A stretch of 64,000 nucleotides of DNA, from assembly GCA_951406725.2 (NCBI GenBank), contig OX597832.1, positions 12,462,001-12,526,000 on the forward strand, written 5' to 3'. Origin of the DNA: Octopus vulgaris. Its lineage: Eukaryota. The notes under the pieces were generated by a model. That model made no database searches, was not told the DNA's origin, and saw only the letters and a list, made by a program, of their open reading frames with translations. A program made the position numbers and the translations under genes. Shown one piece after another: positions 28,334-44,548 of the stretch; the first letter of the stretch is position 1, and every line of letters starts with the position of its first letter.

Positions 28334-29649
28334 ATATAATAAGGATTATACTGCTGCTGGTGTTGTTGTTACTGTTGGATGTGGTTGCTGATCTTCACAA
28401 GTGATCAAAATAATTTAATCCTTTTTTTTCTATTCAAATACAGTTTATTTAGTGAGTGACGTCACAGAATCGTAGGAGAGTTGAATAAAATACCTCATGG
28501 GACCAAATTACCGCTTCCTATGTTAAGAGTTTAAAATAATGCTCACGTTAAATATTCCTTTCATCTTTCGGGCAGAATAAAGGATAGGAAAGAGTCTAAT
28601 ATTAGTTTTAATTGAATATTATCAAAAAATATCTTTGATGTAAATGGAATTATAAGAAAAGGTTGGGATTACATTGCAGTAGGCAAAAAATTTCTAATTA
28701 ACTGGTTTTCCATTTAGAAAACAAAAGCCTTAATTTTAGCAACAGTAAAATAGGTATACAAAATTTCTAGATAATAGGAGTTCAGCTTTCAAAATTAATT
28801 TAAATTATTAAGGGAAAGTAAGCTTGATCAATGGTTGTCAGACAAGTAGCAACTATGCTTCACTCCGTTTAATCTATGCTACCAATATGTGTGTGTGCAC
28901 GTGTGTATTTGTGTGTGTATGTTTGTGTGTGTTTGTGTATGCGTGTGCAAATTTACTTTAATACTTATCGTATCAAAGGTGAAAATGTCTGCCGAGTAGT
29001 TGAGGTGAAATTCTAAGCAAAGATAAAAGAAGTACAAACGGTTTTCAATTATTATGATTTGTATATATAATTAAAACTAAACGATCTAAGCGAATGCCAT
29101 TATGCTAAACGTTACCTGGGTGAATGATGGTCAAGCCCTATCTAAGATATCTTATTCGCTAGTTATAGAATACGATTATGAACGCAAAGTGCAATATAAA
29201 GAAAAACGTACGGAACAATAAACAATCTACAGGAATATTCAGTATCGACCAAATATTTCAATTTGTACTTGCCTTTTTCCGTAGATTATGATTTTAGAAA
29301 TATCTGTCTAGTTTTCGCGGATTTAGTATTTGCTGTAGACGTAGATCTTTCTGCTCGCAAGCACACGCATAATTATGTGCACTCCATGCATTGAGTAAAG
29401 CTCCTCCATTCGAGTACTCAGTTTATTTCACACACTACATATATTCTTTCTTTACTTCTTCCATTCTAACAGAACTTGAAGAAGAGTGACGCGCAATATA
29501 ATGAATCATTAACTAGGGCCAGGCAAACGCGTAGAGGAGAGAATATTCATATACAGAGTTATTTCTAATTTCCTATAGGAGACTACATATATGTATATAT
29601 GTATATATATATATATATATATGCATGTATCTGATGTAGCCATGTCTGT

Positions 29650-29735
29650 CCTTACCATCGCTTGACAACCGGTGTTGACATGTTTTCGTCCCCGTAACTT
29701 AGCAGTCCAGCACAAGAGCAGCCAATTATAGCGGT
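29650..29735 (+). mobile_element. SINE family C internal fragment
   Basis: ccatcgcttgacaaccggtgttgac...gtccccgtaacttagc. Confidence 0.65.
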
Positions 29736-30298
29736 AAATACAAGCCACGAATAATACTTCAAATTTGTAGTGTTACCTGTTGAATATATGCGTAGAATCT
29801 CCCACAATTTATTCACTATTCCCAGGAAACGGAGAAAATGCCTTTTTCTATGTTGATATCTTAGATTCATCGTAATACGAACGCTGAGATACCAGCATCT
29901 AGACATCTAAAAAATTAGAAAGAAGCTATTTCAGTAGAAGCTGAAGTCCATTCAGGTACAAGAAATAGAATGAGAAACTCATGCCTGCTTTGAACTCATA
30001 TTTGTCAAAGCTGTAATACCAGGTCCTCATGTGAAGCTCAATTCACAGATCCAGACACAAAATACACGAATACATTAAAGTTCATATATGTGCAGATACA
30101 TTTACTTTGAATGATATAATTTCATTAGCCTTCCTACTCATGAAGTAATTGATCAGCGCGTAGTAGGACCAAAGAAAATTTGCAGAGGAGATACTATATA
30201 CAAACAATTAGTCGTACGCCCACAGACATATTCAGACATACATATGCGCACCCACACAGACAGACACAAGAACGCACACATACACATATAAACGTGCA

Positions 30299-31066
<768 letters not shown>

Positions 31067-31192
31067 GAGATGTATATATAAATGTGTGTGTAGATATATA
31101 TACATATGTGTTGAAATATATAAATATTTAAATATGTATTTCTATGAACGCTTATATGTGTATGCGTGAGTCATATGTATATGTCTATATAC

Positions 31193-31229
<37 letters not shown>

Positions 31230-31472
31230 ATATTTATGCATATTCCATAATCACAAGTGTCTAAAGAGCAGAATACAAACAACACCAAAATATAAGCAGC
31301 AGATTAGCACAACTGTAAAAATATTGAATATTGTTATCCGGTAAAACTCCAGAGGGCAATTGTAAACATCAGGCTAATGACTCAATTAATTACGGCTGTA
31401 TTGAATAGCCTGAAGGATCCACTCCACAAAAACGACAGCAATGTACATACACACGAGTATGTAGTACACACA

Positions 31473-31545
<73 letters not shown>

Positions 31546-32086
31546 ACACATTAACGTAATATTCTTCATACAGTAAAAACAAAAATACTCTCCTTCGCTC
31601 TTTGTCTCAAGGCTACGTGTAATAGATTTCAGCATAGAATGTCGGTATTAACTCTAAAATAATTAATGAATTAGATAATTAATTAATGAAGGAGAACCCT
31701 AAAATAAAAATAAGAAGAAGAAAATAAAATTTTTTGCAACGAAATATTCAAACGAAAGTAGTCATTATTGACTAATGTATAATTTTCGTTTCAGTTAAGT
31801 CAGTTTAATAATGCCTTATACTGACTTAAATATACGCATCTGAAAATGTGGATTCGCAAACACGCACAGACACGCAAATAGCCAGTTATATACACACACT
31901 GTTATACGTACATACATGCATTCATTCATACATACATACATACATAAATATATACGTACATACATGTATGTATGTATATACAGAGAAAGATAGAGAAAGA
32001 AAGAAAGAGATAGATAGATATATGCATGCGTACATATATATAAACATGAACGCACACACACTTTAGACACACACATATATACACAT

Positions 32087-32392
32087 ATCACGTGACCACG
32101 TGACCGACCAGTCCATCAGATGTAGTTACACATCGCCGGTCACAATGAGTTCGCATTGTTTTAGCCTTCGAATGACGCTAGCCCGCTGGCTAAGCGAGCT
32201 GGCCAACAGAAGAAAGAGTGGGAGAAAGAGTGGTGAAAGAGTACAGCAGGGATCACCACCCCCTGCCGGAGCCTCGTGGAGTTTTTAGGTGTTTTCGCTC
32301 AATAAACACTCACAACGCCCGGTCTGGGAATCGAAACCGCGATCCTACAACCGCGAGTCCTCTGCCCTAACCACTGGCCATTGCGCCTCCAC
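32087..32392 (-). mobile_element. SINE family A head/core with tail type 3
   Basis: Same tRNA head and core. The distinct tail ends ...ggtcggtcacgtggtcacgtgat. Confidence 0.88.
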
Positions 32393-33909
32393 ATATATAG
32401 ATAGAAAAGAAGGCAGATAAACGGACTGACAGACAGTTAGACAGGTAGGTACTCGTATAGATGATTGAAAACAGAGCAGAGAAAATATTTCGTTCAAATA
32501 ATAAAGAAGAAGAATGATACGTTTGTTTAAGAGTAGGCTACTTATTTGTTTAATTTTGAGAATACAATTTACCTATGTACTTCTGGTTACTATGACTAAC
32601 TAACTTTTAGTTGAATTTATTAATTTTGAAGAAAGGTAAGTAATAAAATTACTTGTGTTACTTAGATGTAAAGTAATGTCTACGAAAAGCTAGACGTTAG
32701 ATACTCTCATTTCATTCAATCTGGGTAGCTATTTTCTTTGCTATTTCATTCAATCAATAGATTTCAGTGAAGTGCTATTTGTTTTCTGTTAAGCATTACT
32801 AATACTAATTAGATAAAATCCAATTATAAGTGTCACATATAAATTCATACAAGTGTTTAAGCAAAAATGTTATTTTTATTTAGAAAAGTTTTAAAATTAT
32901 TCATTAAATTCCATGGAAATCCGTCGGTTATTGATTTCAATGTCTCTCTTTTAATTAAGTTTAAAAGCTTCAATTTCAAACTTTCTCATATCATGTATGG
33001 AAGTAGAAATTACTAGGTTTTAGAAGTGAAGTTGTTCGCTATCAAATTCGGGTCATCTTTATTATGGAAAAAAAGGCTTCTCAAAACATTTCCTTCATCA
33101 ATTCCGTAGTCTTTTGAATTAATATCTTCATATAATATTTCTTTGAATAAAGGTTTATAAGCTTTGTGGGGAAACACTAACAACAAATGAAAATACTCAA
33201 TTAAGACCTGCATATCACATTCCATGTTTGCCTCACGATAAATCGGAATTCTTCAGAGAAACGTGTCAAATGTTCTATACAAGAAAATGTTTGTGTAATG
33301 CAGTTACATGCTCCAGTATAATACAAAGATTTTCTATCGCTACTAGTTTTATGTTCATATATAATATCTTTAGAGACTAATTACTTTCACTCCTTGAAAC
33401 TAGGTAATACTTCAAACTAAAAGTCGCAATTTGCGATATTTCAGTTGAAAATAAATTTTGACGCATACACATATGTGTACAAGCACTGATATCTATACGT
33501 GTGAGGGCGGTGTATACATATGAAACATTATGCACAAACACACGGAGATGCATACATATACATTTATACGCATATAGACGCACATTTTTCTATATAGGAG
33601 ATAAACATGAAATTATATATTGATAGCAGATATTACTTGTTGTAAACATCATTAGCAATGGAAAAATCAACGATCGATTCAGTTATTTGGTGTCCTGATT
33701 TCGTTTTCAGTCGCAGATAATTGCATTGCTATACACATATATGTATATATAAGGAATATATGTCTGTTTCGTCTCCAGAAAGTGTTGATTAAATACATGT
33801 AGAATACAATACTGGGATAAAGCATCATAATTTGTTTAGTGTATCTTCTAGTTACCGATGCTAATATAGCAAACATCTGTACACACACACATACCCACAC
33901 ACACATACA

Positions 33910-33941
<32 letters not shown>

Positions 33942-35939
33942 GACACACACACACACACAGAGGCATGCACACGCACATTTACTATAAATCAAACGAAGTA
34001 AATACAGATTCTTGACCAGCCTCTTTGCAGTAGAATTCACCCATCACAAATAATATCCAAACCTCCCTGAATTTATTCGCTTATTTTTGACTGAACCAGA
34101 AACCAGCATTAACGATTGTTTTGCATATATCGTCTGAATACCTTAATTACAAATTTCGAATTCAGAGAATACTTTGTCTTTAAAAACGTCTTCGTTCTGA
34201 GGAAATCACCCACGTTAAATCCAAATTAATCCATGCACTTCGTAAGCTACTCTATGAGTGTGGATTAAATAACTCAGTTAAAATGAACGCTGAAAGAAAT
34301 GCATCGTAGAGAAGACCAAGAATCTTGCTCGAATATGGTGCGACTATTGTTTGTCACTCACTGATGAGCAGTTTCTGTTAAACAGCGCTCTGTTCGTAGG
34401 GAGGGAGTGTCGCTGAAATTTACGTCACAATTTGTTCTACCGGCACTGTCAAACTTAAGATACGTAGCATACTTACACTACGTACATACATATGTGATGT
34501 GTTAGTAACAGTATGTATGAGTATTCATTTTGTTGCTGTTGTCTTTGTTTACCAATGTGGCCGTCATTTACCAGGTAATCTATCCTCACAAATCCATATT
34601 CGCAGAAACTACGCTCATAGAATACGCCGTTCCTTGTAAATCTATAACTACTCTATCTAAAAAATAAAAAGAGTACGATTTTTCAATTTAAAATAATTTG
34701 GTCATAGAACTATTTATATGTTGTCATCTGGTTAAAATTGAAATCAGAATTTGCTAGCCAAGTTTTGGAAAACGATAGAAAGATTGGAATCGTTAAATTA
34801 GTTACTATATACTAGAAATCAGTAGCATCAAATAAGTGATAATTTAGATTTATAACACTCTTGTTATAAACGAATAGTACACAAATGCCTACAGATTGTG
34901 ATAAAAGAACGGGGAAGCTAAAATATCAGTATTATGTTAAAAGATATCTAGCATTGATATCTTGTATTTCATAAGTTGGTTGAGGGAACGTATTCGCAGG
35001 TGTGGTGCATGTTTTGCGGTGGTTGAACAGATTCTATCCCTTCCTAGTCTCAAATATCTGCTAGTTTTCTTGTTATATTGTCCCATGAAGTATCGAGATT
35101 CTGTATACCTGGTTTCTTTCAATCAAGCCTATATAAAATTATAAGTAAGCAGGTTTGATTTTTAAAATACTTAAAAATCAAAGGTGCAATTTCTTAAAGA
35201 AAGCGAAAGAATATATTTCGTATCTAAATACATTTGTGGTTTGATTGTGAATTATCTTTTTTTCCAATGCTAACAAGAACTCTCATGCCATCGCTCCTCA
35301 TTATAATGATTTTGTAATGATTATAGAATCAGTGTAGCTCACACTGAGCTAGACTATCAGGATTTCAGCAAGAATTTGGCCACTCGCTAAGTACTATATA
35401 TATTTATCAGAAATATTATGTAATAACTATATCAAGTAAGCATAAACTGCAAAAAATTGAATAGAGCTTAAACTTATCTCTCATACACATTTACTATATC
35501 CCCTTTTTTTTATCCATCTGAATGAATCTTGTAAATTAATGAAATAATTCAAAAGAGAGGACGTTCTAAAATGGTAGAAGATATATTGTCTCCGTTTGCA
35601 TTTAACACGATCTTATTTAGTTTTCTACAGAAAAAAGTATATCGAACAAAACTACATATAGACATTTTGAAGTTCCAGCCAACATATTGTAATCAATCGA
35701 TATTCTGTCTCACTAGAAGAGACAGTCAAGTGTCGTAGTTTAGTGTAATTCAAATTGTAATAAAAATGTTTTATTCGTTCTCCCGACAAGAATATATTCA
35801 TTAAGGGTATCTGCAAAAATATATGTTTGGAAGAAACTCTTTAACTCATTACACACGCATACACACACACTAACACACAAACAAATACACACACATTCTA
35901 TATCTCTCTCGTAGAGACTCATGCTTAGATGTAAGTATC

Positions 35940-36001
<62 letters not shown>

Positions 36002-36011
36002 TTCATATACA

Positions 36012-36245
36012 GTGGAGGCGCGTGACTTAGTGGTTAGGGTGTCAGCACCATGATCACAAGATTGTGGTTTCGATTCCTGAACCGTGCGACGCGTTGTATT
36101 GTGTACTTGAGCAAAACGCTGCCTTTCACTGGCAAAAATGTGTTACCCTGCGATGGACTGCCGTCCCGTCCAGCTCGAGAACACATACGACATAGAAACC
36201 GGGAAACCGGACCCATGACACTGGCTAGGCTTTAAAAGGACGCAT
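36012..36245 (+). mobile_element. tRNA-derived SINE, diverged A-like head with tail type 2
   Basis: A box tgacttagtgg and B box gtttcgattcc. The 3' half ccctgcgatggactg...ggctaggctttaaaagg matches 12105-12205 on the minus strand. Confidence 0.8.
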
Positions 36246-36383
36246 TTATTATTATATTCATATGCATTCATATACATACATTATATACATATATTATATG
36301 TGTCTGTCTGTATGTATGTATGTACAAAGTTGAAACAGATAGAGACAAAGAAATGTAAATGATTGGATAGAAATATACATATA

Positions 36384-36616
36384 TATTTCTTTACTACCCA
36401 CAAGGGGCTAAACACAGAGCGGACAAACAAGGACAGACAAACGAATTAAGTCGATTACATCGACCCCAGTGCGTAACTGGTACTTAATTTATCGACCCCG
36501 AAAGGATGAAAGGCAAAGTCGACCTCAGCGGAATTTGAACCCAGAACGTAACGGCAAACGAAATACGGCTACGCATTTCGTCCGGCTTGCTAACATTTCT
36601 GCCGGCTCGCCGCCTT
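36384..36616 (-). mobile_element. SINE family B, young subfamily
   Basis: Full head, core and tail on the minus strand. Confidence 0.9.
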
Positions 36617-36954
36617 CTTATAGACATATACGTACGCAAAACACATACGAAATGCATAAGTAAGAATATGTAGGTATGACATTTTCTTGTTATCACACAT
36701 ATACAAACACTCATGTGCAGGTGTATGCTTGCAGGTGCGCATGTATGTATATGTGCTCGTACTTACACATACACATTTTCACGCAGAACATGTCAAAAAC
36801 TCTTACACGTATTGAAGTATATTTTGTATCTTGTTTGTCTTTTGTTGTTAGGTTTCTCTTAATTATTAAAGGCAACCAAAGTATATTTACTTGAAAAAAG
36901 TCAAGCAAAAAAAAAACTAAAAAAAAACCTAATAATAATAATAATAATAATATC

Positions 36955-37001
<47 letters not shown>

Positions 37002-37605
37002 TGAGGAAGTAAGAAAGAAAGAAAAAAAGAATGAAAGTATCTCCCTCAATTCATTGCAGAAAAAGTATTGCTTTCCCAGGCGATAAGATTAAGTATTACG
37101 ACGAAACGTAGACTGCTTAAATTTTTATCTCTTAAAAACCCAGCCAAGCGTTTGAAAGTAGATGTTGTCTTAAACTATATTTGGACTCCAACCGATTAGC
37201 GTACTATTCTATTTAATTCATTATTAAAGCCGATTTCCGTTGCCGAATGAAATTTGGAAATGTAACCACTTCTTCTCTTACATCATTCTACTTCCTACAA
37301 TTAAATCTGAATGCTTTAGCGATTTTAAATGCTGAAAAACTTATTTGATTTTATAGCATCGATACGTTTTATATGTGATTATTTCTCTTTTTTATATTAA
37401 TTTATTTTCTTAAAGAACTGTAAGAGCATAAATGTCTGCATTGATATAAAAAAAAAACTGAGAAAGTATGTGTGAATTTCACTGAGACTCTCAGTTTCAC
37501 ATGTCGGTTCTCGTTCAGACGCTATGTAACTGTATGAAATAAACCTTGTGAGGTGCGCTGCAAACGTATTCACTTGATATATGTAAGGCACACATAAGTT
37601 ATCTT

Positions 37606-37643
<38 letters not shown>

Positions 37644-39087
37644 GCATGCATAAAGATAATTTACGGACTCCCAGTACTATAGCTTCGTTGCTGTCCCGAT
37701 ATTCAAGGATCATAAAACTAAATGCTCACTGATCTTTTTCGCTTAACAGCATTATATATAGGTTATAAACCTCATTAAGGGATAATAAAATCCAATGAAA
37801 ATCTGGTTAGTTACCAATCCATAAAAATTTCAACTACGAAGTAACTATATAAGCCTTGGTTCATATATTTATATATGCAAATAATAAGGAGAAAATTGGT
37901 AGGTAATTAATAAAATATTATTTCTTATGACAACATAACTGACAGCTGTTTCGATTTGGTAATCTTTAGATAATAAATTTATAACAATAAAATCCTTATA
38001 AAATCATTCATCTTATAATGATTTTATTTTTATAAATTAATTGTTGTTCTCGCTCGCCTTAGAACCGTTTCAGTATTATTATTTTGGGTATTTCCTAACT
38101 CAAATAAGACATTCTTTCATACCATACACTGCATGCATTAGCATATGTTCTACAATTATGTGTTGAAAATCATTACGTAGCTTTGGTGTTTCTTGCTTCT
38201 TCTGGACAAATCGAATATGCATCAGATTATCCTGAAATAAAGAATAGTTGGTTAAGTGAAAGTATAAAGAGCAAGGCATGGAGATTGAAATACAATTTTT
38301 GTATGTACGTAAGTATGCATGTGTGTATGTATGTATGTACGAACTAATGCATGTATGTATGTGCATACATGTGTGTGTGTGTGAGTGTGTTAGCGTGAGT
38401 TATTTGTGATGGGACTGGTGTAACTATTTCACACTGGATTAATTAGCAATAATTATAGGGGACATATATGTGTATATGTGTGTATATATGTGTATATATG
38501 TGCATCTCTATTTATCTATACATACATATATACATATATACATACATACACACATACATATATACATATATACATACATACATACACTACATACATACAT
38601 ATATATATACATACATACATACATGCATACATGTATGCATGTAAAGATACGTATCCGTTAGTATCTAAATGTCTCGCTTGTGAAACCAGTGGCAGTAATT
38701 AATGTTAGCATAGCATTATACTTCATTTCTGATTTGAACGCTCAGGGGTGGCGAATGAAAACAATAAGAACAAAGCAAAAACGAAGAGTAGGTTCAGAAA
38801 ATTCCATTTGAAAGTTCTATAGTTTATTTCCGAGCACGAATATTTGTAATAAATTTCAGTTTTACGCACAATGCTATTTTCGAGACACTACAATACTTAT
38901 ATAACTGACAGAGTAAATGCAGCCACTTCACCTATTATCTAAGAGTAAATTGTTGTTGTCGACATACATCATGCGAAAATGGATGTTTGAAATACATTGG
39001 CATAACATTTTATGATGTCTAACACGCACAGCAAACTGCTACTATGGGGACAGCATATATATATATGTATATTTGTTTATGTATATC

Positions 39088-39251
39088 GGAGTAGTTGTGT
39101 GGTAATTAGCTTGCTTACCAACCGCATGGTTCCTGGTTCAAACCCACTGCATGGCACCTTGGGCAAGTGTCTTCACAAGGCCTTGGTCGACCTCAGGCCG
39201 ACTAAAGCCTTGTGAGTGGATTTGGTAGCCGGAAACTGAAAGAAGCCCGTC

Positions 39252-39255
<4 letters not shown>
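39088..39255 (+). mobile_element. SINE family C 5' half, running into a long TA/TATG tract
   Basis: ggagtagttgtgtggtaattagc...gaaactgaaagaagcccgtcgtat. Confidence 0.88.
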
Positions 39256-39299
<44 letters not shown>

Positions 39300-39332
39300 G
39301 TATATATATATATATATATGCATATATATATG

Positions 39333-39363
<31 letters not shown>

Positions 39364-39518
39364 GTATGTATATATGTATGTATATATATATATGTATGTA
39401 TATATATATATGTATGTATATATATATATGTATGTATATATATATATGTATGTATATATATATATGTATGTATATATATATATGTGTGTATATATATATA
39501 TGTATGTATATATATATG

Positions 39519-39595
<77 letters not shown>
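39255..39595. repeat. (TA)n/(TATG)n tract with an 18-bp higher-order period
   Basis: tatgtatgtatatatata is repeated several times. Confidence 0.93.
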
Positions 39596-39598
<3 letters not shown>

Positions 39599-40424
39599 AA
39601 CTATAAAGTTTTATCTTCATTGACAACAACGCTCAAGATATACAACGGACTGGAAATAAAAGTTTTCCAATGAGCTGTATACACTTTTTTTATTATCCAA
39701 GGGAAAGGAATGCGAACAACAACCACAGGAACATCACAAGTAAAATAAGGCGCTATAATGATAGAAATGATGACAGAAGCTTTAATGGAAAATTCATTAA
39801 TGTCATAGAAGATGGTATTAATATTATTAGTACGTCTTAAGGTGCTCGGGCTGCCACCAGAACTACGTGGGGTCCACGGGATTATCACTCACACGCAGAT
39901 GCACTCTGCATCGACAACATATTGCATTCCTAGAATATAAAATGAAACCCTTTAGTGAGCATATTGAGAAATGCGCAAAGCAACTACTACCATAAGTTTT
40001 AATCTTTCCATTCTATCAATGTGCTATTGGAACACCAACACAAATTGGATTAAACAAGGAAACATTATTCATTGAAAAATATAAGCCTGAACTTAATCAT
40101 CCTAACATTCTTATACAGAGAATCTCATCTCATTAAAAAAGAAGAAAATAAATATATAGCGATTATCTCCCTTATAACGGAAGAAATCGCTTATTACCTC
40201 CCCCTGCCTGGAACTCTTCTTTGCACTGCATACGAAGACATGACACGATGTAGTTGAAGACATTTGAGAAATTTGAAAAGTTAACACGAAACCGATAATT
40301 TCTCCAAAGACTATGTTACTATATGCAAAATTTTCTGACATTTTTCTAACATAACGACTTAAATATATTCTTTAACCTTATAAAACAAGCCTTCTGTATT
40401 TTTTTCACTCTTTTCTATTTATAT

Positions 40425-40518
<94 letters not shown>

Positions 40519-42606
40519 GTATTTACTTCATTTCACTTAGAGCTTTAACACCCTAACGGGTAATCATTTATTTATGATTTACTGTTTAACAAAAAAAAAA
40601 AAAGACGTGAAAGTCTCAGATAGTGACTGGTGACCTTGCATCACTCCTTCTACTATCTCCAATAACGCCACTGAAACGAAAATTATATACGTTAAAATGA
40701 GAAGACTTAAGAATACAAAGTAAGACGAAGCATTTTCGTTCCAACAGGTTCCCACACATTTGCTTCTAGTATATCTCGCTTAATGACTTTTGTTGTTCTG
40801 AAGCTATGATACAAGATTGCATATGGCTATACGCATTGGGATCGACCCAAACCACTTAATTGCATGCTGTTTTTCTTAATTACATGACCATTGCTGTCAT
40901 TTCTTCCTTTTAGTCCCATGTGTTAGTTGCATTATTGCTTCCGTTTAATGTCAGATCCGCCCTCATCGTGCATTCTAATGATCAAAAGTGTTCCATTTAG
41001 TCATGGCCATGCTTGTCTTTCTGTCGCTATAATGCGTATCAAGGTCATTATCAAATATGGTCCCTGAACTTTTCGTTATAATCAGCTGTCTGTCATATCA
41101 TGGAGACTTATCTAATATTTTATGTACATGCACTATACAGCTATATACATGCTCTTTCCTTGCTCGGTAAGCATAATACTAATTGAAATTTTTCTCTAAT
41201 TATCATCGTATCATACAGTGATCAGCGTTTAAGCAGAAACACTTACGGGGAAACAAACATAATGTTATTTACATTCACTATCAAACTAAAAAAATAATAA
41301 TAGAGGAATTGCAAAATAAATTAGGATGAAATAAAATTTATACAACTGTTTTAAAGTTGCCAAATATGCTCTCTGATGCATATTTATTAAATATGAATCC
41401 AATTAAATGAGAAAGACCGCTGTTAATTTGTTGCGGTTTCTTAAGAGTAAGCAGAGCAGGCATAAATTGCTTGCCGCGATTTGTAGCTGTTTATTCGCAG
41501 GTATGATTCCCTGATGATGAAATCGGTAGCTGATGTGGGAAAGCTATTTCGTTAGTGCAAACATGCTTAATGTCAAACACGAGTATAGCAAGTAATTATG
41601 ACCAGGTAATGAAATAAGATTATTTATAATTAATACATTTGAGTCAGTGGAGTTTCATCCATGAATTGAAAGAGTCTTTAATAAACGTGTGGCTTTCATG
41701 TAATTAATAATGAGATCACCGCAGTTCTGTTTACTCATCACCATGTTAGGGTGTACAAATATAAGTTAATTTTGAAAGATAGATGCTTCTAAAACGGTAG
41801 GCTTAAATTAAACATACATTGATATAGAATTAATGTAACACAAGAATATATGTCACAGATATCTGAAGAATTTCATATTCATTTCTGGTTATATATTTGA
41901 AATGAAATTCTGACGGATCATAGCTTCAGAATAGCAGTACTTAAAATGAGTTGTTCCTGAATAATTGAATCTTCAGCAAAGTTTCTTTCCCATTCTATAT
42001 GTATATATATATATATTCATATTTATATACATACACACATACACTCACACACACTCTCACACTCACATATGTATATATGTATGTATGTATTTTTTACACA
42101 ATGAGATTTGTAATGTAGCTTCGTCTAGATTCTGGTATAGAAGATAAGTTACATTCTTGCTTTACTATAATAGATGATTTAGTTTCCAGTATTTGAAAAT
42201 ATATTTGGTATCAAGTCCCAGGCCATTGAATCCAAATTCTTAAATATCCAATGAATCATGTCTATTGATTCCTTTGCTTGGCTGTAAATCATAGATAACC
42301 AAAAAAAAAAGTATTCATTTCAGGATTGTATATCGGAAGAAACTGTTTTGAAGGAATGTATATAACAAACTACTAAAGTGAATTAGTAACGTAAGTTTGT
42401 ACTATATTGACATATATTAAATACATATTTTCAGTTAATTCAACACACATTGTGAACTAACTTTGTATTTAGCTGCATTTATACTAGTAGGTTAGTCTGT
42501 TAGTACTTAGATAATCTAAATTGTGATTTAATTTAAAGACAATATATTCAGTTTTTTATAATTTCATATTTATCAGAAATTGCTTGTTTCTATTATTATT
42601 ATTATT

Positions 42607-42806
42607 AGCAAGAGTGGCTGTGTGGTAAGTAGCTTGCTTATCAACCACATGATTCCGGGTTCAGTCCCACTGCATGGCACCTCGGACAAGTGTGAATGGA
42701 TTTGGTAGACGGAAACTGAAAGAAGCCCGTCGTATATATGTATGTATATATATATATATAACTGATATCCATAGTGGGTTACCCTCATAACCCCTATCTT
42801 ACTTTG

Positions 42807-42857
<51 letters not shown>

Positions 42858-43070
42858 CGTTTGTGTATATGTTTCCTGAGTCTGTGTTTCTCCCTCCTCC
42901 GATGTTGTTGTGTTCACATCCCCGTAACTTAGCGATTCCGCAAAAAGAGACCTATAGAATAAGTACTAAGCTTACAAAGAGTAAGTACTGGGGTCGATTT
43001 GTTCGACTAAAGTCGATGCTTCAGCATGGCCGCAGTCAAATGACAGAAACAGATAAAAGAATAAAGGAAT
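42607..43070 (+). mobile_element. SINE family C, full length with internal deletion and nested insert
   Basis: Same head and tail as 48379-48811. The internal microsatellite carries an extra segment of about 50 bp at 42761-42810. Confidence 0.88.
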
Positions 43071-43394
43071 AGCATATTTGATTTATAACTCTGCCACAAG
43101 CTCCATAAAATATTGCTACAATAAGCACTATATTTTTTATAGTTTTCTCTGTAGAGAATTCAATACCATGGACCTTCCTAAGCCCGCCATCACCGATAAT
43201 GGTGGAAATTATCTACTAACAAAAACCAGGCTACAATACTTGACTGAGCGTCTACTTTACTATGCGGTGGTGCTAAACTCGATGAAGAAAGAAGTATACC
43301 ACATAGGTAAACCCATGAAGCGATTTGAACTGTGAACGAAAGGGATCGAAACATTGCATGATACATCTTGGCTGATAATTTTTGACAGTTCCTT

Positions 43395-43490
43395 AAATCT
43401 GCTGTCGAGTATTGGTACTTACTTTATCGACCCGGAAATGATGGAAAGAAACTTTTAATTGAGCCAAATATGAACTCGGATATTCAGCGA
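43395..43490 (-). mobile_element. Degenerate SINE-B core
   Basis: tggtacttactttatcgacccggaaatgatggaaag...tgaactcgga. Confidence 0.55.
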
Positions 43491-44179
43491 GGTCTGGAAT
43501 CTTATACAGTTGAAGAGATTCTGCGACGGTATCAATACTGGTCATATACCTGGAAGAATCGGCTAAGTGCCAAAAGAACATTTGATAGTAATTGTACTTA
43601 ATGACACTCAGCTCACGCTGTCGGATTTACCACACCAACAGAAAGTGGAAATAGTTAATATGAAATAATGCTCCTTGCCATCGAATTGACAAATGGACTT
43701 CGCTGCTGCGAGACAAGGAAATCAATATTATAATGAAGAAGTAGTTGAAAATTTGTTTTCGAATTATTAGTTAAACTGATCGTATAGATTTCGCTTCCAC
43801 TCATAGGTTGGCACTTATATTGCAGTTATTACTGCTTCAGTTGTTGGTATTGATAATTATCTGTCGGTTTCAGGACTTTTGTAATATATAAGATTTCAAA
43901 ATAGAATTCTTGCTTCTATCTTCAACAATGTCCTATTAATAGTCATCTCCGACAATGGATTTCAATAGCGTTAAAACTTAAATAGAAAAAAATATATAAA
44001 ATACGAAGCCTATCAATTGTAATCTAAAAGTACAAGGCACGTAGAGCCACGTGATTTAATAGATGTATATTTGTTATTTAAGTCGTATGCGAAATTGTTT
44101 CATACATCTTGCATCTGCATACCTTACAGATATTCACAAGCAAACCAATATACACATGCGTTCATATACATGTAGATGC

Positions 44180-44261
44180 AATATATATGTATGTATATAT
44201 ATATATATGTATATATATATATGTATGTATATATATATATATATGTATGTGTATATATATA

Positions 44262-44355
<94 letters not shown>

Positions 44356-44384
44356 ATATGTATATATATATATATATATGTGTG

Positions 44385-44415
<31 letters not shown>

Positions 44416-44548
44416 GTATATGTATATATGTGTGTGTGTATGTATACAAACATCAACATGTACATATATATATATATATGTATGTGTATACATACATACA
44501 TATATAAATATGTATATAGTTTGATAGATAGATAGATAGATAGATAGA
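44180..44548. repeat. Compound (TA)n/(TG)n/(GATA)n microsatellite
   Basis: Seen directly. Confidence 0.95.

Noticed and set aside
33013-33225. Protein-like 70-aa minus-strand ORF
   Set aside because: No recognisable homology or donor site, and the length is compatible with chance.
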